Origin: Eledone cirrhosa
Lineage: Eukaryota
DNA: 64,000 nt
Direction: 5' to 3'
Assembly: GCA_964016885.1 (NCBI GenBank)
Contig: OZ024740.1
Coordinates: 60,140,001 to 60,204,000, forward strand
In this document: positions 15,601 to 30,078 of the stretch, piece by piece
Layout: every line of letters begins with the position of its first letter
Numbering within the stretch: the stretch's first letter is position 1
Made by a program: the position numbers and the translations under genes
Notes under the pieces: generated by a model
What the model saw: only the letters and a program-made list of their open reading frames with translations
Database searches by the model: none
Told to the model about the DNA's origin: nothing

Positions 15601-18600
15601 GTGACTATGAGTGTGTATTTGTGACTGTGTCTGTGTATTTGTGACTGTGTCTGTGTATTTGTGACTGTATGTGTATTTGTGACCGTGTCTGTGTATTTGT
15701 GACCATGACTGTGTATTTATGACTGTGTCTGTGTAATTGTGACCATGTCTGTGTATTTGTGACAGTGTCTGTGTATTTGTGACTGCGTCTGTGTATTTGT
15801 GACTGTGTCTGAGTATTTGTGACTGTCTGTGTATTTGTGACCATGTCTGTGTATTTGTGACCGTGTCTGTGTATTTGTGACTGTGTCTGTGTATTTGTGA
15901 CCATGTCTGTGTATTTGTGACAGTGTCTGTGTATTTGTGACTGTGTCTTTGTATTTGTGACTATGTCTGTGGATTTGTGACCCTGTCTGTGTATTTGTGA
16001 CCATTGACTGTGTATTTGTGACTGTGTCTGTGTATTTGTGACCATGTCTGTGTATTTGTGACAGTGTCTGTGTATTTGTAACGGTTTCTGTTTATTTGTG
16101 ACCGTGTCTGTGTATTTGTGACCATATCTGTGTATTTGTGACCGTGTCTGTGTATTTGTGACCGTGTCTGTGTATTTGTGACAATGTCTGTGTATTTGTG
16201 ACTGTATCTGTGTATTTGTGACCGTGTCTGATATTTGTAACCGTGTCTGTGTATTTCTGACCATGTCTGCGTATTTGTGACTGTGTCTGTGTATTTGTGA
16301 CTGTGTCTGTGTATTTGTGACTGTGTCTGTATATTTGTGACCGTGTCTGTGTATTTGTGACAATGTATGCGTATTTGTGACTGTGTCTGCGTATTTGTGA
16401 CCGTGTCTGTGTATTTGTGACCGTGTCTGTGTATTTGTGACCATGTCTGTTTATTTGTGACTGTGTCTGTGTATTTGTGACCATGTCTGTTTATTTGTGA
16501 CAGTGTCTGTGTATTTGTGACTGTGTCTTTGTATTTGTGACTATGACTGTGTATTTGTGACTGTGTCTGTGTATTTGTGACTGTGTCTGTGTATTTGTGA
16601 CTGTATGTGTATTTGTGACCGTGTCTGTGTATGTGTGACCATGACTGTGTATTTGTGACTGTGTCTGTGTAATTGAGACCATGTCTGTGTATTTGTGACA
16701 GTGTCTGTGTATTTGTGACTGCGTCTGTGTATTTGTGACTGTGTCTGAGTATTTGTGACTGTGTCTGTGTATTTGTAACCATGTCTGTGTATTTGTGACC
16801 GTGTCTGTGTATTTGTGACTGTGTCTGTGTATTTGTAACCATGTCTGTGTATTTGTGACTGTGTCTGTGTATTTGTGACTGTGTCTTTGTATTTGTGACT
16901 ATGTCTGTGGATTTGTGACCCTGTCTGTGTATTTGTGACTGTGTCTGTGTATTTGTGACCGTGTATGTGTATTTGTGACTGTGTATGTGTATTTGTGACC
17001 GTGTCAGTGTATTTGTGACCATTGACTGTGTATTTGTGACTGTGTCTGTGCATTTGTGACCATGTCTGTGTATTTGTGACAGTGTCTGTGTATTTGTAAC
17101 GGTTTCTGTTTACTTGTGACCGTGTCTGTGTATTTGTGACCATGTCTGTGTATTTGTGACAGTGTCTGTGTATTTGTGACCATGTCTGTGTTTTTGTGAC
17201 TGTGTCTGTGTATTTGTGACGGTGTCTTTGTATTTGTGACAGTGTCTGTGTATTTGTGACTGTGTCTGTGTATTTGTGACCGTGTCTGTGTATTTGTGCC
17301 CGTGTCTGTGTATTTGTGACCATGTCTGTCTATTTGTGACTGTGTCTGTGTATTTGTGACTGTGTCTGTGTATTTGTGACCATGTCTGTGTATTTGTGAC
17401 CTGGTCTGTGTATTTGTGACTGTGTTTCTGTATTTGTGACCCTATCTGTGTATTTGTGACTGTGTCTGTGTATTTGTGACTGTGCCTGTGTATTTGTGAC
17501 CATGTCTGTGTATTTGTGACTGTGCCTGTGTATTTGTGACCATGTCTGTGTATTTGTGACCGTATCTGTGTATTTGTGACTGTGTCTGTGTATTTGTGAC
17601 TGTGTCTTTGTATTTGTGACTATGACTGTGTATTTGTGACTGTGTCTGTGTATTTGTGACTGTGTCTGTGTATTTGTGACTGTAGGTGTATTTGTGACCG
17701 TGTCTGTGTATTTGTGACCATGACTGTGTATTTGTGACTGTGTCTGTGTAATTGTGACCATGTCTGTGTATTTGTGACAGTGTCTGTGTATTTGTGACTG
17801 CGTCTGTGTATTTGTGACTGTGTCTGAGTATTTGTGACTGTCTGTGTATTTGTGACCATGTCTGTGTATTTGTGACCGTGTCTGTGTATTTGTGACTGTG
17901 TCTGTGTATTTGTGACCATGTCTGTGTATTTGTGACAGTGTCTGTGTATTTGTGACTGTGTCTGTGTATTTGTGACTATGTCTGTGGATTTGTGACCCTG
18001 TGTGTGTATTTGTGACCATTGACTGTGTATTTGTGACTGTGTCTCTGTATTTGTGACCATGTCTGTGTATTTGGGACAGTGTCTGTTTATTTGTAATGGT
18101 TTCTGTTTATTTGTGACCGTGTCTGTGTATTTGTGACCATGTCTGTGTATTTGTGACAGTGTCTGTGTATTTGTGACCATGTCTGTGTATTTGTGACTGT
18201 GTCTGTGTATTTGTGACGGTGTCTTTGTATTTGTGACAGTGTCTGTGTATTTGTGACTGTGTCTGTGTATTTGTGACCGTGTCTGTGTATTTGTGACCGT
18301 GTCTGTGTATTTGTGACTATGTCTGCCTATTTGTGACTGTGTCTGTGTATTTGTGACTGTGTCTATGTATTTGTGACCATGTCTGTGTATTTGTGACCTA
18401 GTCTGTGTATTTGTGACTGTGTTTCTGTATTTGTGACCCTATCTGTGTATTTGTGACTGTGTCTGTGTATTTGTGACTGTGCCTGTGTATATGTGACCAT
18501 GTTTGTGTATTTGTGACCGTATCTGTGTATTTGTGACTGTGTCTGTGTATTTGTGATTGTGTCTTTGTATTTGTGACACTGTCTGTGTATTTGTGACTGT

Positions 18601-21600
18601 GTCTGTGTATTTGTGACCGTGTCTGTGTATTTGTGACCGTGTCTGTGTATTTGTGACTGTGTCTGTGTATTTGTGACTGTGTTTCTGAATTTGTGACCTT
18701 ATCTGTGTATTTGTGACTGTGTCTGTGTATTTGTGACCGTGTCTGTGTAATTGTATTCCTTTCTGTGTATTTGTGACCATGTCTGTGTATTTGTGACTGT
18801 GTTTCTCTATTTGTGACACTATCTGTGTATTTGTGACTGTGTCTGTGTATTTGTGACTGTGCCTGTGTATTTGTGACCATGTCTGTGTATTTGTGACTAT
18901 GTCTGTGTATTTGTGAGAGGGTCTGTGTATTTGTGACCATATCTGTGTATTTGTGACCGTGTCTGTGTATTTGTGACCGTGTCTGTGTATTTGTGACCAT
19001 GTCTGTGTATTTGTGACTGTATCTGTGTATTTGTGACCGTGTCTGATATTTGTAACCGTGTCTGTGTATTTGTGACCATGTCTGCGTATTTGTGACTGTG
19101 TCTGTGTATTTGTGACTGTGTCTGTGTATTTGTGACTGTGTCTGTATTTTGTGACCGTGTCTGTGTATTTGTGACAATGTATGCGTATTTGTGACTGTGT
19201 CTGTGTATTTGTGACAGTGACTGTGTATTTGTGACCGTGTCTGTGTATTTGTGACTGAGTCCCTATATTTGTGACGGTGTCTGTGTATTTGTGACCATGT
19301 CTGTTTATTTGTGACTGTGTCTGTGTATTTGTGACCATGTCTGTGTATTTGTGACAGTGTCTGTGTATTTGTGACTGTGTCTTTGTATTTGTGACTATGA
19401 CTGTGTATTTGTGACTGTGTCTGTGTATTTGTGACTGTGTCTGTGTATTTGTGACTGTATGTGTATTTGTGACCGTGTCTGTGTATTTGTGACCATGACT
19501 GTGTATTTGTGACTTTGTCTGTGTAATTGTGGCCATGTCTGTGTATTTGTGACAGTGTCTGTGTATTTGTGACTGCGTCTGTGTATTTGTGACTGTGTCT
19601 GAGTATTTGTGACTGTGTCTGTGTATTTGTGACCATGTCTGTGTATTTGTGACCGTGTCTGTGTATTTGTGACTGTGTCTGTGTATTTGTGACCATGTCT
19701 GTGTATTTGTGACAGTGTCTGTGTATTTGTGACTGTGTCTTTGTATTTGTGACTATGACTGTGTATTTGTGACTGTGTCTGTGTATTTGTGACTGTGTCT
19801 GTGTATTTGTGACTGTATGTGTATTTGTGACCGTGTCTGTGTATTTGTGACTGTGTCTGTGTAATTGTGGCCATGTCTGTGTATTTGTGACAGTGTCTGT
19901 GTATATGCGACTGCGTCTGTGTATTTGTGACTGTGTCTGAATATTTGTGACTGTGTCTGTGTATTTGTGACCTTATCTGTGTATTTGTGACTGTGTCTGT
20001 GTATTTGTGACTGTGCCTGTGTATTTGTGACCATGTCTGTGTATTTGTGACTGTGCCTGTGTATTTGTGACCATGTCTGTGTATTTGTGACCGTATCTGT
20101 GTATTTGTGACTGTGTCTGTGTATTTGTGACTGTGTCTTTGTATTTGTGACACTGTCTGTGTATTTGTGACCGTGTATGTGTATTTGTGACTGTGTATGT
20201 GTATTTGTGACCGTGTCTGTGTATTTGTGACCATTGACTGTGTATTTGAGACTGTGTCTGTGTATTTGTGACCATGTCTGTGTATTTGTGACAGTGTCTG
20301 TGTATTTGTAAAGGTTTCTGTTTATTTGTGACCGTGTCTGTGTATTTGTGACCATGTCTGTGTATTTGTGACAGTGTCTGTGTATTTGTGACCATGTCTG
20401 TGTATTTGTGAGTGTGTCTGTGTATTTGTGACGGTGTCTTTGTATTTGTGACAGTGTCTGTGTATTTGTGACTGTGTCTGTGTATTTGTGACTGTGTCTG
20501 TGTATTTGTGACCATGTCTGTCTATTTGTGACTGTGTCTGTGTATTTGTGACTGTGTCTGTGTATTTGTGACCATGTCTGTGTATTTGTGACCTAGTCTG
20601 TGTATTTGTGACTGTGTTTCTGTATTTGTGACCCTATCTGTGTATTTGTGACTGTGTCTGTGTATTTGTGACTGTGCAAGTGTATTTGTGACCATGTCTG
20701 TGTATTTGTGACTGTGCCTGTGTATTTGTGACAGTGTCTGTGTATTTGTGACTGTGTCTGTGTATTTGTGACCATGTCTGTGTATTTGTGACTGTGTCTG
20801 TGTATTTGTGACCTTATCTGTGTATTTGTGACTGTGTCTGTGTATTTGTGACTGTGTCTTTGTATTTGTGACACTGTCTGTGTATTTGTGACTGTGTCTG
20901 TGTATTTGTGACCGTGTCTGTGTATTTGTGACCGTGTCTGTGTATTTGTGACTGTGTCTGTGTATTTGTGACTGTGTTTCTGAATTTTTGACCTTATCTG
21001 TGTATTTGTGACTGTGTCTGTGTATTTGTGACCGTGTCTGTGTAATTGTATTCCTTTCTGTGTATTTGTGACCATGTCTGTGTATTTGTGACTGTGTTTC
21101 TCTATTTGTGACACTATCTGTGTATTTGTGACTGTGTCTGTGTATTTGTGACTGTGCCTGTGTATTTGTGACCATGTCTGTGTATTTGTGACTATGTCTG
21201 TGTATTTGTGAGAGGGTCTGTGTATTTGTGACCATATCTGTGTATTTGTGACCGTGTCTGTGTATTTGTGACCGTGTCTGTGTATTTGTGACCATGTCTG
21301 TGTATTTGTGACTGTATCTGTGTATTTGTGACCGTGTCTGATATTTGTAACCGTGTCTGTGTATTTGTGACCATGTCTGCGTATTTGTGACTGTGTCTGT
21401 GTATTTGTGACTGTGTCTGTGTATTTGTGACTGTGTCTGTATTTTGTGACCGTGTCTGTGTATTTGTGACAATGTATGCGTATTTGTGACTGTGTCTGTG
21501 TATTTGTGACAGTGACTGTGTATTTGTGACCGTGTCTGTGTATTTGTGACTGAGTCCCTATATTTGTGACGGTGTCTGTGTATTTGTGACCATGTCTGTT

Positions 21601-24600
21601 TATTTGTGACTGTGTCTGTGTATTTGTGACCATGTCTGTGTATTTGTGACAGTGTCTGTGTATTTGTGACTGTGTCTTTGTATTTGTGACTATGACTGTG
21701 TATTTGTGACTGTGTCTGTGTATTTGTGACTGTGTCTGTGTATTTCTGACTGTATGTGTATTTGTGACCGTGTCTGTGTATTTGTGACCATGACTGTGTA
21801 TTTGTGACTTTGTCTGTGTAATTGTGGCCATGTCTGTGTATTTGTGACAGTGTCTGTGTATTTGTGACTGCGTCTGTGTATTTGTGACTGTGTCTGAGTA
21901 TTTGTGACTGTGTCTGTGTATTTGTGACCATGTCTGTGTATTTGTGACCGTGTCTGTGTATTTGTGACTGTGTCTGTGTATTTGTGACCATGTCTGTGTA
22001 TTTGTGACAGTGTCTGTGTATTTGTGACTGTGTCTTTGTATTTGTGACTATGACTGTGTATTTGTGACTGTGTCTGTGTATTTGTGACTGTGTCTGTGTA
22101 TTTGTGACTGTATGTGTATTTGTGACCGTGTCTGTGTATTTGTGACTGTGTCTGTGTTATTGTGGCCATGTCTGTGTATTTGTGACAGTGTCTGTGTATA
22201 TGCGACTGCGTCTGTGTATTTGTGACTGTGTCTGAATATTTGTGACTGTGTCTGTGTATTTGTGACCTTATCTGTGTATTTGTGACTGTGTCTGTGTATT
22301 TGTGACTGTGCCTGTGTATTTGTGACCATGTCTGTGTATTTGTGACTGTGCCTGTGTATTTGTGACCATGTCTGTGTATTTGTGACCGTATCTGTGTATT
22401 TGTGACTGTGTCTGTGTATTTGTGACTGTGTCTTTGTATTTGTGACACTGTCTGTGTATTTGTGACCGTGTATGTGTATTTGTGACTGTGTATGTGTATT
22501 TGTGACCGTGTCTGTGTATTTGTGACCATTGACTGTGTATTTGAGACTGTGTCTGTGTATTTGTGACCATGTCTGTGTATTTGTGACAGTGTCTGTGTAT
22601 TTGTAAAGGTTTCTGTTTATTTGTGACCGTGTCTGTGTATTTGTGACCATGTCTGTGTATTTGTGACAGTGTCTGTGTATTTGTGACCATGTCTGTGTAT
22701 TTGTGAGTGTGTCTGTGTATTTGTGACGGTGTCTTTGTATTTGTGACAGTGTCTGTGTATTTGTGACTGTGTCTGTGTATTTGTGACTGTGTCTGTGTAT
22801 TTGTGACCATGTCTGTCTATTTGTGACTGTGTCTGTGTATTTGTGACTGTGTCTGTGTATTTGTGACCATGTCTGTGTATTTGTGACCTAGTCTGTGTAT
22901 TTGTGACTGTGTTTCTGTATTTGTGACCCTATCTGTGTATTTGTGACTGTGTCTGTGTATTTGTGACTGTGCAAGTGTATTTGTGACCATGTCTGTGTAT
23001 TTGTGACTGTGCCTGTGTATTTGTGACAGTGTCTGTGTATTTGTGACTGTGTCTGTGTATTTGTGACCATGTCTGTGTATTTGTGACTGTGTCTGTGTAT
23101 TTGTGACCTTATCTGTGTATTTGTGACTGTGTCTGTGTATTTGTGACTGTGTCTTTGTATTTGTGACACTGTCTGTGTATTTGTGACTGTGTCTGTGTAT
23201 TTGTGACCGTGTCTGTGTATTTGTGACCGTGTCTGTGTATTTGTGACAGTGTCTGTGTATTTGTGACAATGTTTCTGAATTTGTGACCTTATCTGTGTAT
23301 TTGTGACTGTGTCTGTGTGTTTGTGACCGTGTCTGTGTAATTGTAATCCTTTCTGTCTATTTGTGACCATGTCTGTGCATTTGTGACTGTGTTTCTGTAT
23401 TTGTGACCCTATCTGTGTATTTGTGACTGTGTCTGTGTATTTGTGACTGTGCCTGTGTATTTGTGACCATGTCTGTGTATTTGTGACTGTGCCTGTGTAT
23501 TTGTGACCATGTCTGTGACTGTGCCTGTGTATTTGTGACCATGTCTGTGTATTTGTGACAGTGTCTGTGTATTTGTGACCATGTCTGTGTATTTGTGACC
23601 GTATCTGTGTATTTGTGACTGTGTCTGTGTATTTGTGACTGTGTCTTTGTACTTGTGACACTGTCTGTGTATTTGTGACTGTGTTTCTGAATTTGTCAAC
23701 CCTATCTGTGTATTTGTGACTGTGTCTGTGTATTTGTGACCGTGTCTGTGTAATTGTAATCCTTTCTGTGTATTTGTGACCTAGTCTGTGTATTTGTGAC
23801 TGTGTTTCTGTATTTGTGACCCTATCTGTGTATTTGTGACTGTGTCTGTGTATTTGTGACTGTGCCTGTGTATTTGTGACCATGTCTGTGTATTTGTGAC
23901 TGTACCTGTGTATTTGTGACCATGTCTGTGTATTTGTGACCGTATCTGTGTATTTGTGACTGTGTCTGTGTATTTGTGACTGTGTCTTTGTATTTGTGAC
24001 TATGACTGTGTATTTGTGACTGTGTCTGTGTATTTGTGACTGTGTCTGTGTATTTGTGACTGTATGTGTATTTGTGACCGTGTCTGTGTATTTGTGACCA
24101 TGACTGTGTATTTGTGACTGTGTCTGTGTAATTGTGACCATGTCTGTGTATTTGTGACTGCGTCTGTGTATTTGTGACTGTGTCTGAGTATTTGTGACTG
24201 TCTGTGTATTTGTGACCATGTCTGTGTATTTGTGACCGTGTCTGTGTATTTGTTACTGTGTCTGTGTATTTGTGACCATGTCTGTGTATTTGTGACAGTG
24301 TCTGTGTATTTGTGACTGTGTCTTTGTATTTGTGACTATGTCTGTGGATTTGTGACCCTCTCTGTTTATTTGTGACCATTGACTGTGTATTTGTGACTGT
24401 GTCTGTGTATTTGTGACCATGTCTGTGTATTTGTGACAGTGTCTGTGTATTTGTAACGGTTTCTGTTTATTTGTGACCGCGTCTGTGTATTTGTGACCAT
24501 GTCTGTGTATTTGTGACAGTGTCTGTGTATTCGTGACCATGTCTGTGTATTTGTGACTGTGTCTGTGTATTTGTGACGGTGTCTTTGTATTTGTGACAGT

Positions 24601-27600
24601 GTCTGTGTATTTGTGACTGTGTCTGTGTATTTGTGACCGTGTCTGTGTATTTGTGACCGTGTCTGTGTATTTGTGACTATGTCTGTCTATTTGTGACTGT
24701 GTCTGTGTATTTGTGACTGTGTCTGTGTATTTGTGACCATGTCTGTGTATTTGTGACCTAGTCTGTGTATTTGTGACTGTGTTTCTGTATTTGTGACCCT
24801 ATCTGTGTATTTGTGACTGTGTCTGTGTATTAGTGACTGTGCCTGTGTATTTGTGACCATGTTTGTGTACTTGTGACCGTATCTGTGTATTTGTGACCGT
24901 GTCTGTGTATTTTTGACCGTGTCTGTGTATTTGTGACTGCGTCTGTGTATTTGTGACTGTGTTTCTGAATTTGTGACCTTATCTGTGTATTTGTGACTGT
25001 GTCTGTGTATTTGTGACCGTGTTTGTGTAATTGTATTCCTTTCTGTGTATTTGTGACCATGTCTGTGTATTTGTGACTGTGTTTCTGTATTTGTGACACT
25101 ATCTGTGTATTTGTGACTGTGTCTGTGTATTTGTGACTGTGCCTGTGTATTTTTGACCATGTCTGTGTATTTGTGACTGTGTCTGTGTATTTGTGAGAGG
25201 GTCTGTGTATTTGTGACCATATCTGTGTATTTGTGACCGTGTCTGTGTATTTGTGACCGTGTCTGTGTATTTGTGACCATGTCTGTGTATTTGTGACTGT
25301 ATCTGTGTATTTGTGACCGTGTCTGATATTTGTAACTGTGTCTGTGTATTTGTGACCATGTCTGCGTATTTGTGACTGTGTCTGTGTATTTGTGACTGTG
25401 TCTGTGTATTTGTGACTGTGTCTGTATTTTGTGACCGTGTCTGTGTATTTGTGACAATGTATGCGTATTTGTGACTGTGTCTGTGTATTTGTGACAGTGA
25501 CTGTGTATTTGTGACCGTGTCTGTGTATTTGTGACTGTGTCCCTATATTTGTGACGGTGTCTGTGTATTTGTGACCATGACTGTGTATTTGTGACTGTGT
25601 CTGTGTAATTGTGGCCATGTCTGTGTATTTGTGACAGTGTCTGTGTAATTGTGGCCCTGTCTGTGTATTTGTGACAGTGTCTGTGTATTTGTGACCGTGT
25701 CTGTGTATTTGTGACCATGACTGTGTATTTGTGACTGTGTCTGTGTAATTGTGGCCATGTCTGTGTATTTGTGACAGTGTCTGTGTATTTGTGACTGCGT
25801 CTGTGTATTTGTGACTGTGTCTGAGTATTTGTGACTGTGTCTGTGTATTTGTGACCATGTCTGTGTATTTGTGTCCGTGTCTGTGTATTTGTGACTGTGT
25901 ATGTGTATTTGTGACCGTGTCTGTGTATTTGTGACCATTGACTGTGTATTTGAGACTGTGTCTGTGTATTTGTGACCATGTCTGTGTATTTGTGACAGTG
26001 TCTGTGTATTTGTAAAGGTTTCTGTTTATTTGTGACCGTGTCTGCGTATTTGTGACCATGTCTGTGTATTTGTGACACTGTCTGTGTATTTGTGACCATG
26101 TCTGTGTATTTGTGACTGTGTCTGTGTATTTGTGACGGTGTCTTTGTATTTGTGACAGTGTCTGTGTATTTGTGACTGTGTCTGTGTATTTGTGACCGTG
26201 TCTGTGTATTTGTGACCGTGTCTGTGTATTTGTGACCATGTCTGTCTATTTGTGACTGTGTCTGTGTATTTGTGACTGTGTCTGTGTATTTGTGACCATG
26301 TCTGTGTATTTGTGACCTAGTCTGTGTATTTGTGACTGTGTTTCTGTATTTGTGACCCTATCTGTGTATTTGTGACCGTGTCTGTGTATTTGTGACTGTG
26401 CCTGTGTATTTGTGACCATGTCTGTGTATTTGTGACTGTGTCTGTGTATTTGTTACCATGTCTGTGTATTTGTGACAGTGTCTGTGTATTTGTGACCATG
26501 TCTCTGTATTTGTGACTGTGTCTGTGTATTTGTGACCGTATCTGTGTATTTGTGACTGTGTCTCTGTATTTGTGACTGTGTCTTTGTATTTGTGACACTG
26601 TCTGTGTATTTGTGACTGTGTCTGTGTATTTGTGACCGTGTCTGTGTATTTGTGACCGTGTCTGTGTATTTGTGACAGTGTCTGTGTATTTGTGACTATG
26701 TTTCTGAATTTGTGACCTTATCTGTGTATTTGTGACTGTGTCTGTGTATTTGTGACCGTGTCTGTGTAATTGTAATCCTTTCTGTGTATTTGTGACCATG
26801 TCTGTGTATTTGTGACTGTGTTTCTGTATTTGTGACCCTATCTGTGTATTTGTGACTGTGTCTGTGTATTTGTGACTGTGCCTGTGTATTTGTGACCATG
26901 TCTGTGTATTTGTGACTGTGCCTGTGTATTTGTGACCATGTCTGTGTATTTGTGACTGTGTCTGTGTATTTGTGACCATGTCTGTGTATTTGTGACCGTA
27001 TCTGTGTATTTGTGACTGTGTCTGTGTATTTGTGACTGTGTCTTTGTATTTGTGACACTGTCTGTGTATTTGTGACTGTGTTTCTGAATTTGTGACCCTA
27101 TCTGTGTATTTGTGACTGTGTCTGTGTATTTGTGACCGTGTCTGTGTAATTGTAATCCTTTCTGTGTATTTGTGACCATGTCTGTGTATTTGTGACTGTG
27201 TTTCTGTATTTGTGACCCTATCTGTGTATTTGTGACTGTGTCTGTGTATTTGTGACTGTGCCTGTGTATTTGTGACCATGTCTGTGTATTTGTGACTGTG
27301 CCTGTGTATTTGTGACCATGTCTGTGTATTTGTGACAGTGTCTGTGTATTTGTGACCATGTCTGTGTATTTGTGACGGTGTCTGTGTATTTGTGACAGAG
27401 TCTGTGTATTTGTGATAGTGTCTGTGTATTTGTGACAGTATCTGTGTATTTGTGACCATGTCTGTGTATTTGTGACTGTCTGTGTATTTGTGACCGTGTC
27501 TGTGTATTTGTGACCGTGTCTGTGTATTTGTGACCATGTCTGTGTATTTGTCACTGTGTCTGTGTATTTGTGACCGTGTCTGATATTTGTGACCGTGCCT

Positions 27601-28478
27601 GTGTATTTGTGACGATGTCAGTGTATTTGTGACTGTGTCTGTGTATTTGTGACTGTGTGTGTGTATTTGTAACTGTGTCTGTGTATTTTTGACTGTGTCT
27701 GAGTATTTGTGATTGTGTCTGTGTATTTGTGAGAGGGTCTGTGTATTTGTGACCATATCTGTGTATTTGTGACCGTGTCTGTGTATTTGTGACCGTGTCT
27801 GTGTATTTGTGACCATGTCTGTGTATTTGTGACCGTGTCTGATATTTGTAACCGTGTCTGTGTATTTGTGACCATGTCTGCGTATTTGTGACTGTGTCTG
27901 TGTATTTGTGACTGTGTCTGTGTATTTGTGACTGTGTCTGTGTATTTGTGACTGTGTCTTTGTATTTGTGACACTGTCTGTGTATTTGTGACTGTGTCTG
28001 TGTATTTTTGACAGTGTCTGTGTATTTGTGACCGTGTCTGTGTAATTGTAATCCTTTCTGTGTATTTGTGACCATGTCTGTGTATTTTTGACTGTGTCTG
28101 TGTATTTGTGACCGTGTATGTGTATTTTTGACCATGTCTGTGTATTTGTGACTGTGTCTCTGTATTTGTCACTGTGTCTGTGTATTTGTGACAGTGTCTG
28201 TGTATTTGTGACTGTGTCTGTGTATTTGTGACTATGTCTGTGTATTTATGACAGTGTCTGTGTATTTGAGACTGTGTCTATGTATTTGTCACTGTGTCTG
28301 TATATTTGTGACCATGTCTGTGTATTTGTGACTGTGTCTGTGTATTTGCTACCATGTCTGTGTTTTTGTGACGCTGTCTGTGTATTTGTGACTGTGTATG
28401 TGTATTTGTGACTGTGTCTGTGTATTTGTGACCGTGTCTGTGTATGTCTGACCATGTCTGTGTATTTGTGACTGTGTC
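3601..28478. repeat. ~24.9-kb tandem satellite/minisatellite of a 20-bp unit TGTGACTGTGTCTGTGTATT (~1,240 units)
   Basis: Continuous 20-bp periodicity with variant units (GACCGT, GACCAT, GACAGT, and 18/19/21-bp indel units) and recurring marker variants. Confidence 0.99.
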
Positions 28479-28899
28479 CCTAGAGAGCTGGGGTATCGCT
28501 ATTTTTCAGGAAAAACTAGTGACAAACAAACTAGTTATATGAACAGGAATCTCACTAAAAGGAAATAAAATGACGAAATGGAATAGAAGACAAAAATAAT
28601 TTGAAATGACGACAAGTTAATTTCTCTCTTCAATAATCCAGAGATCATGATCACATGATCACTAGACCCAGGCCCCTTTCAATTGTCTTCTTTTCTTTCT
28701 GTTTAGAATATCCTTTCTGTTTAATGTCAACAGTCTAACCTCTTTGTTGATATGTCTGTTTAATATATTAGTAAGGAGGTGGTAGCCATATTAAGTAGAT
28801 ATTAATTAGATATTCAGTTATGTCAGTGCTAAACTTCTACATTTTATAAAATATCATAATTCTTCATATAGATTTGGTGATTTAAGCTATCTCCATTCC

Positions 28900-29114
28900 A
28901 CTTTTTTATTGTGTGTGGGGGTCCCTCTTCTGTCTGTGTCTGTGTGCGTGTGGGGGTGTCCCTTTTTTATTGTGTGAGTGTGTGTGTGTCTTTTTATTGT
29001 TTTTTAGTGTGTGTGTATGAGTGAGCGTGCGTGTGTGCGTCCGTCTTTTTTATTGAGTGAGTGTGTGGTTGTCCCCCCTTTTTATTGTGTGAGTGTGTGG
29101 GGGTGTCCTTATTT

Positions 29115-29145
<31 letters not shown>

Positions 29146-29445
29146 CTGTGTATCTCTCTTTTTTATTGCGTGTATGTGTGTGTGTATATCTCTCTTCTGT
29201 ATTGTGTGTGTGTGTGTATGTGCGTCCTTCTTTTTTATTGTGTGTGAGTATGTGTATGTGTGTGTGTGCGTAGCTCTTTTTTATTGTGTGTGTGTGAGTG
29301 TGTGTATGTGTGTGTGTCCCTCTTCTTTATTGTGTGTATGTGTATCCTTCTTTTTTATTGTGTGTGCGAATGTGCGTATGTGTGAATGTGAGAGTGTGTG
29401 CCTGTATGTGTGCGTGTATGTGTGCGTATGTGCGATTGTTTGTAT
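28900..29445. repeat. Compound repeat: CCTTCTTTTTTATT(GT)n modules
   Basis: More than ten degenerate copies of a pyrimidine/TTTATT head followed by (GT)n. Confidence 0.85.
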
Positions 29446-30078
29446 TGAACATGATGATGTACGTGAATATAAATACGTGAATAAAAATTCGTCCTTTATT
29501 CTGTAAATATTGACTATTTAATCAGTCTATCTTCGTTATGTATTGAAGTGTGTATGTGTGTGTATTTCTCTGTGGATATCCATGAGTAAGAATGCCATCA
29601 TCAATCTTGTTTATTTATATGCCCTGATGAATGTGTTTATGCATCTATAATGATAGTTTACTTTTTAAAATGAACGTCTGCGTGCGTATATGTGTATGAC
29701 AGTGTGTGTTGATATCCACATGTATATTGACACTTTCAGTTAAGTGTTTACATGTGTAAGTGTGTATGTATAATATGTTTATACAGATCAACATTGATAT
29801 TTACTATGGCCAAACTTAGCTTTATATATTGACATTTGAGACAAAATGTCTGCTGTCAGCAAAATATTGTCGGTTGCTATATTTTTTAATGTTATGCATT
29901 TGTGAACAACAGCGTCGTTGGTTATAGATTTCCAATGGGGCAATCATTGGTTTACTATATTTCCGATATATAGTGCCATTTGGATGATAGAGCAGATACA
30001 ATTAAATCTATTGATTCTAAAGAATGTTTGTTTATATTTGCTGGTTTTAATATAAAATTATTTTCCTCCAGGAAATAC

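Noticed and set aside
3723-28455. Dozens of long minus-strand ORFs (up to 532 aa) as a repetitive protein gene
   Set aside because: They arise in all three frames from a stop-free 20-bp unit, and 18/19/21-bp indel units and stops occur freely.
3601-28478. CRISPR-like array or telomere
   Set aside because: No unique spacers, no cas genes, a eukaryotic context, and the unit is not a TTAGGG-type repeat.
29011-29506. Cys/Val-rich ORFs
   Set aside because: Translations of (GT)n compound repeats.
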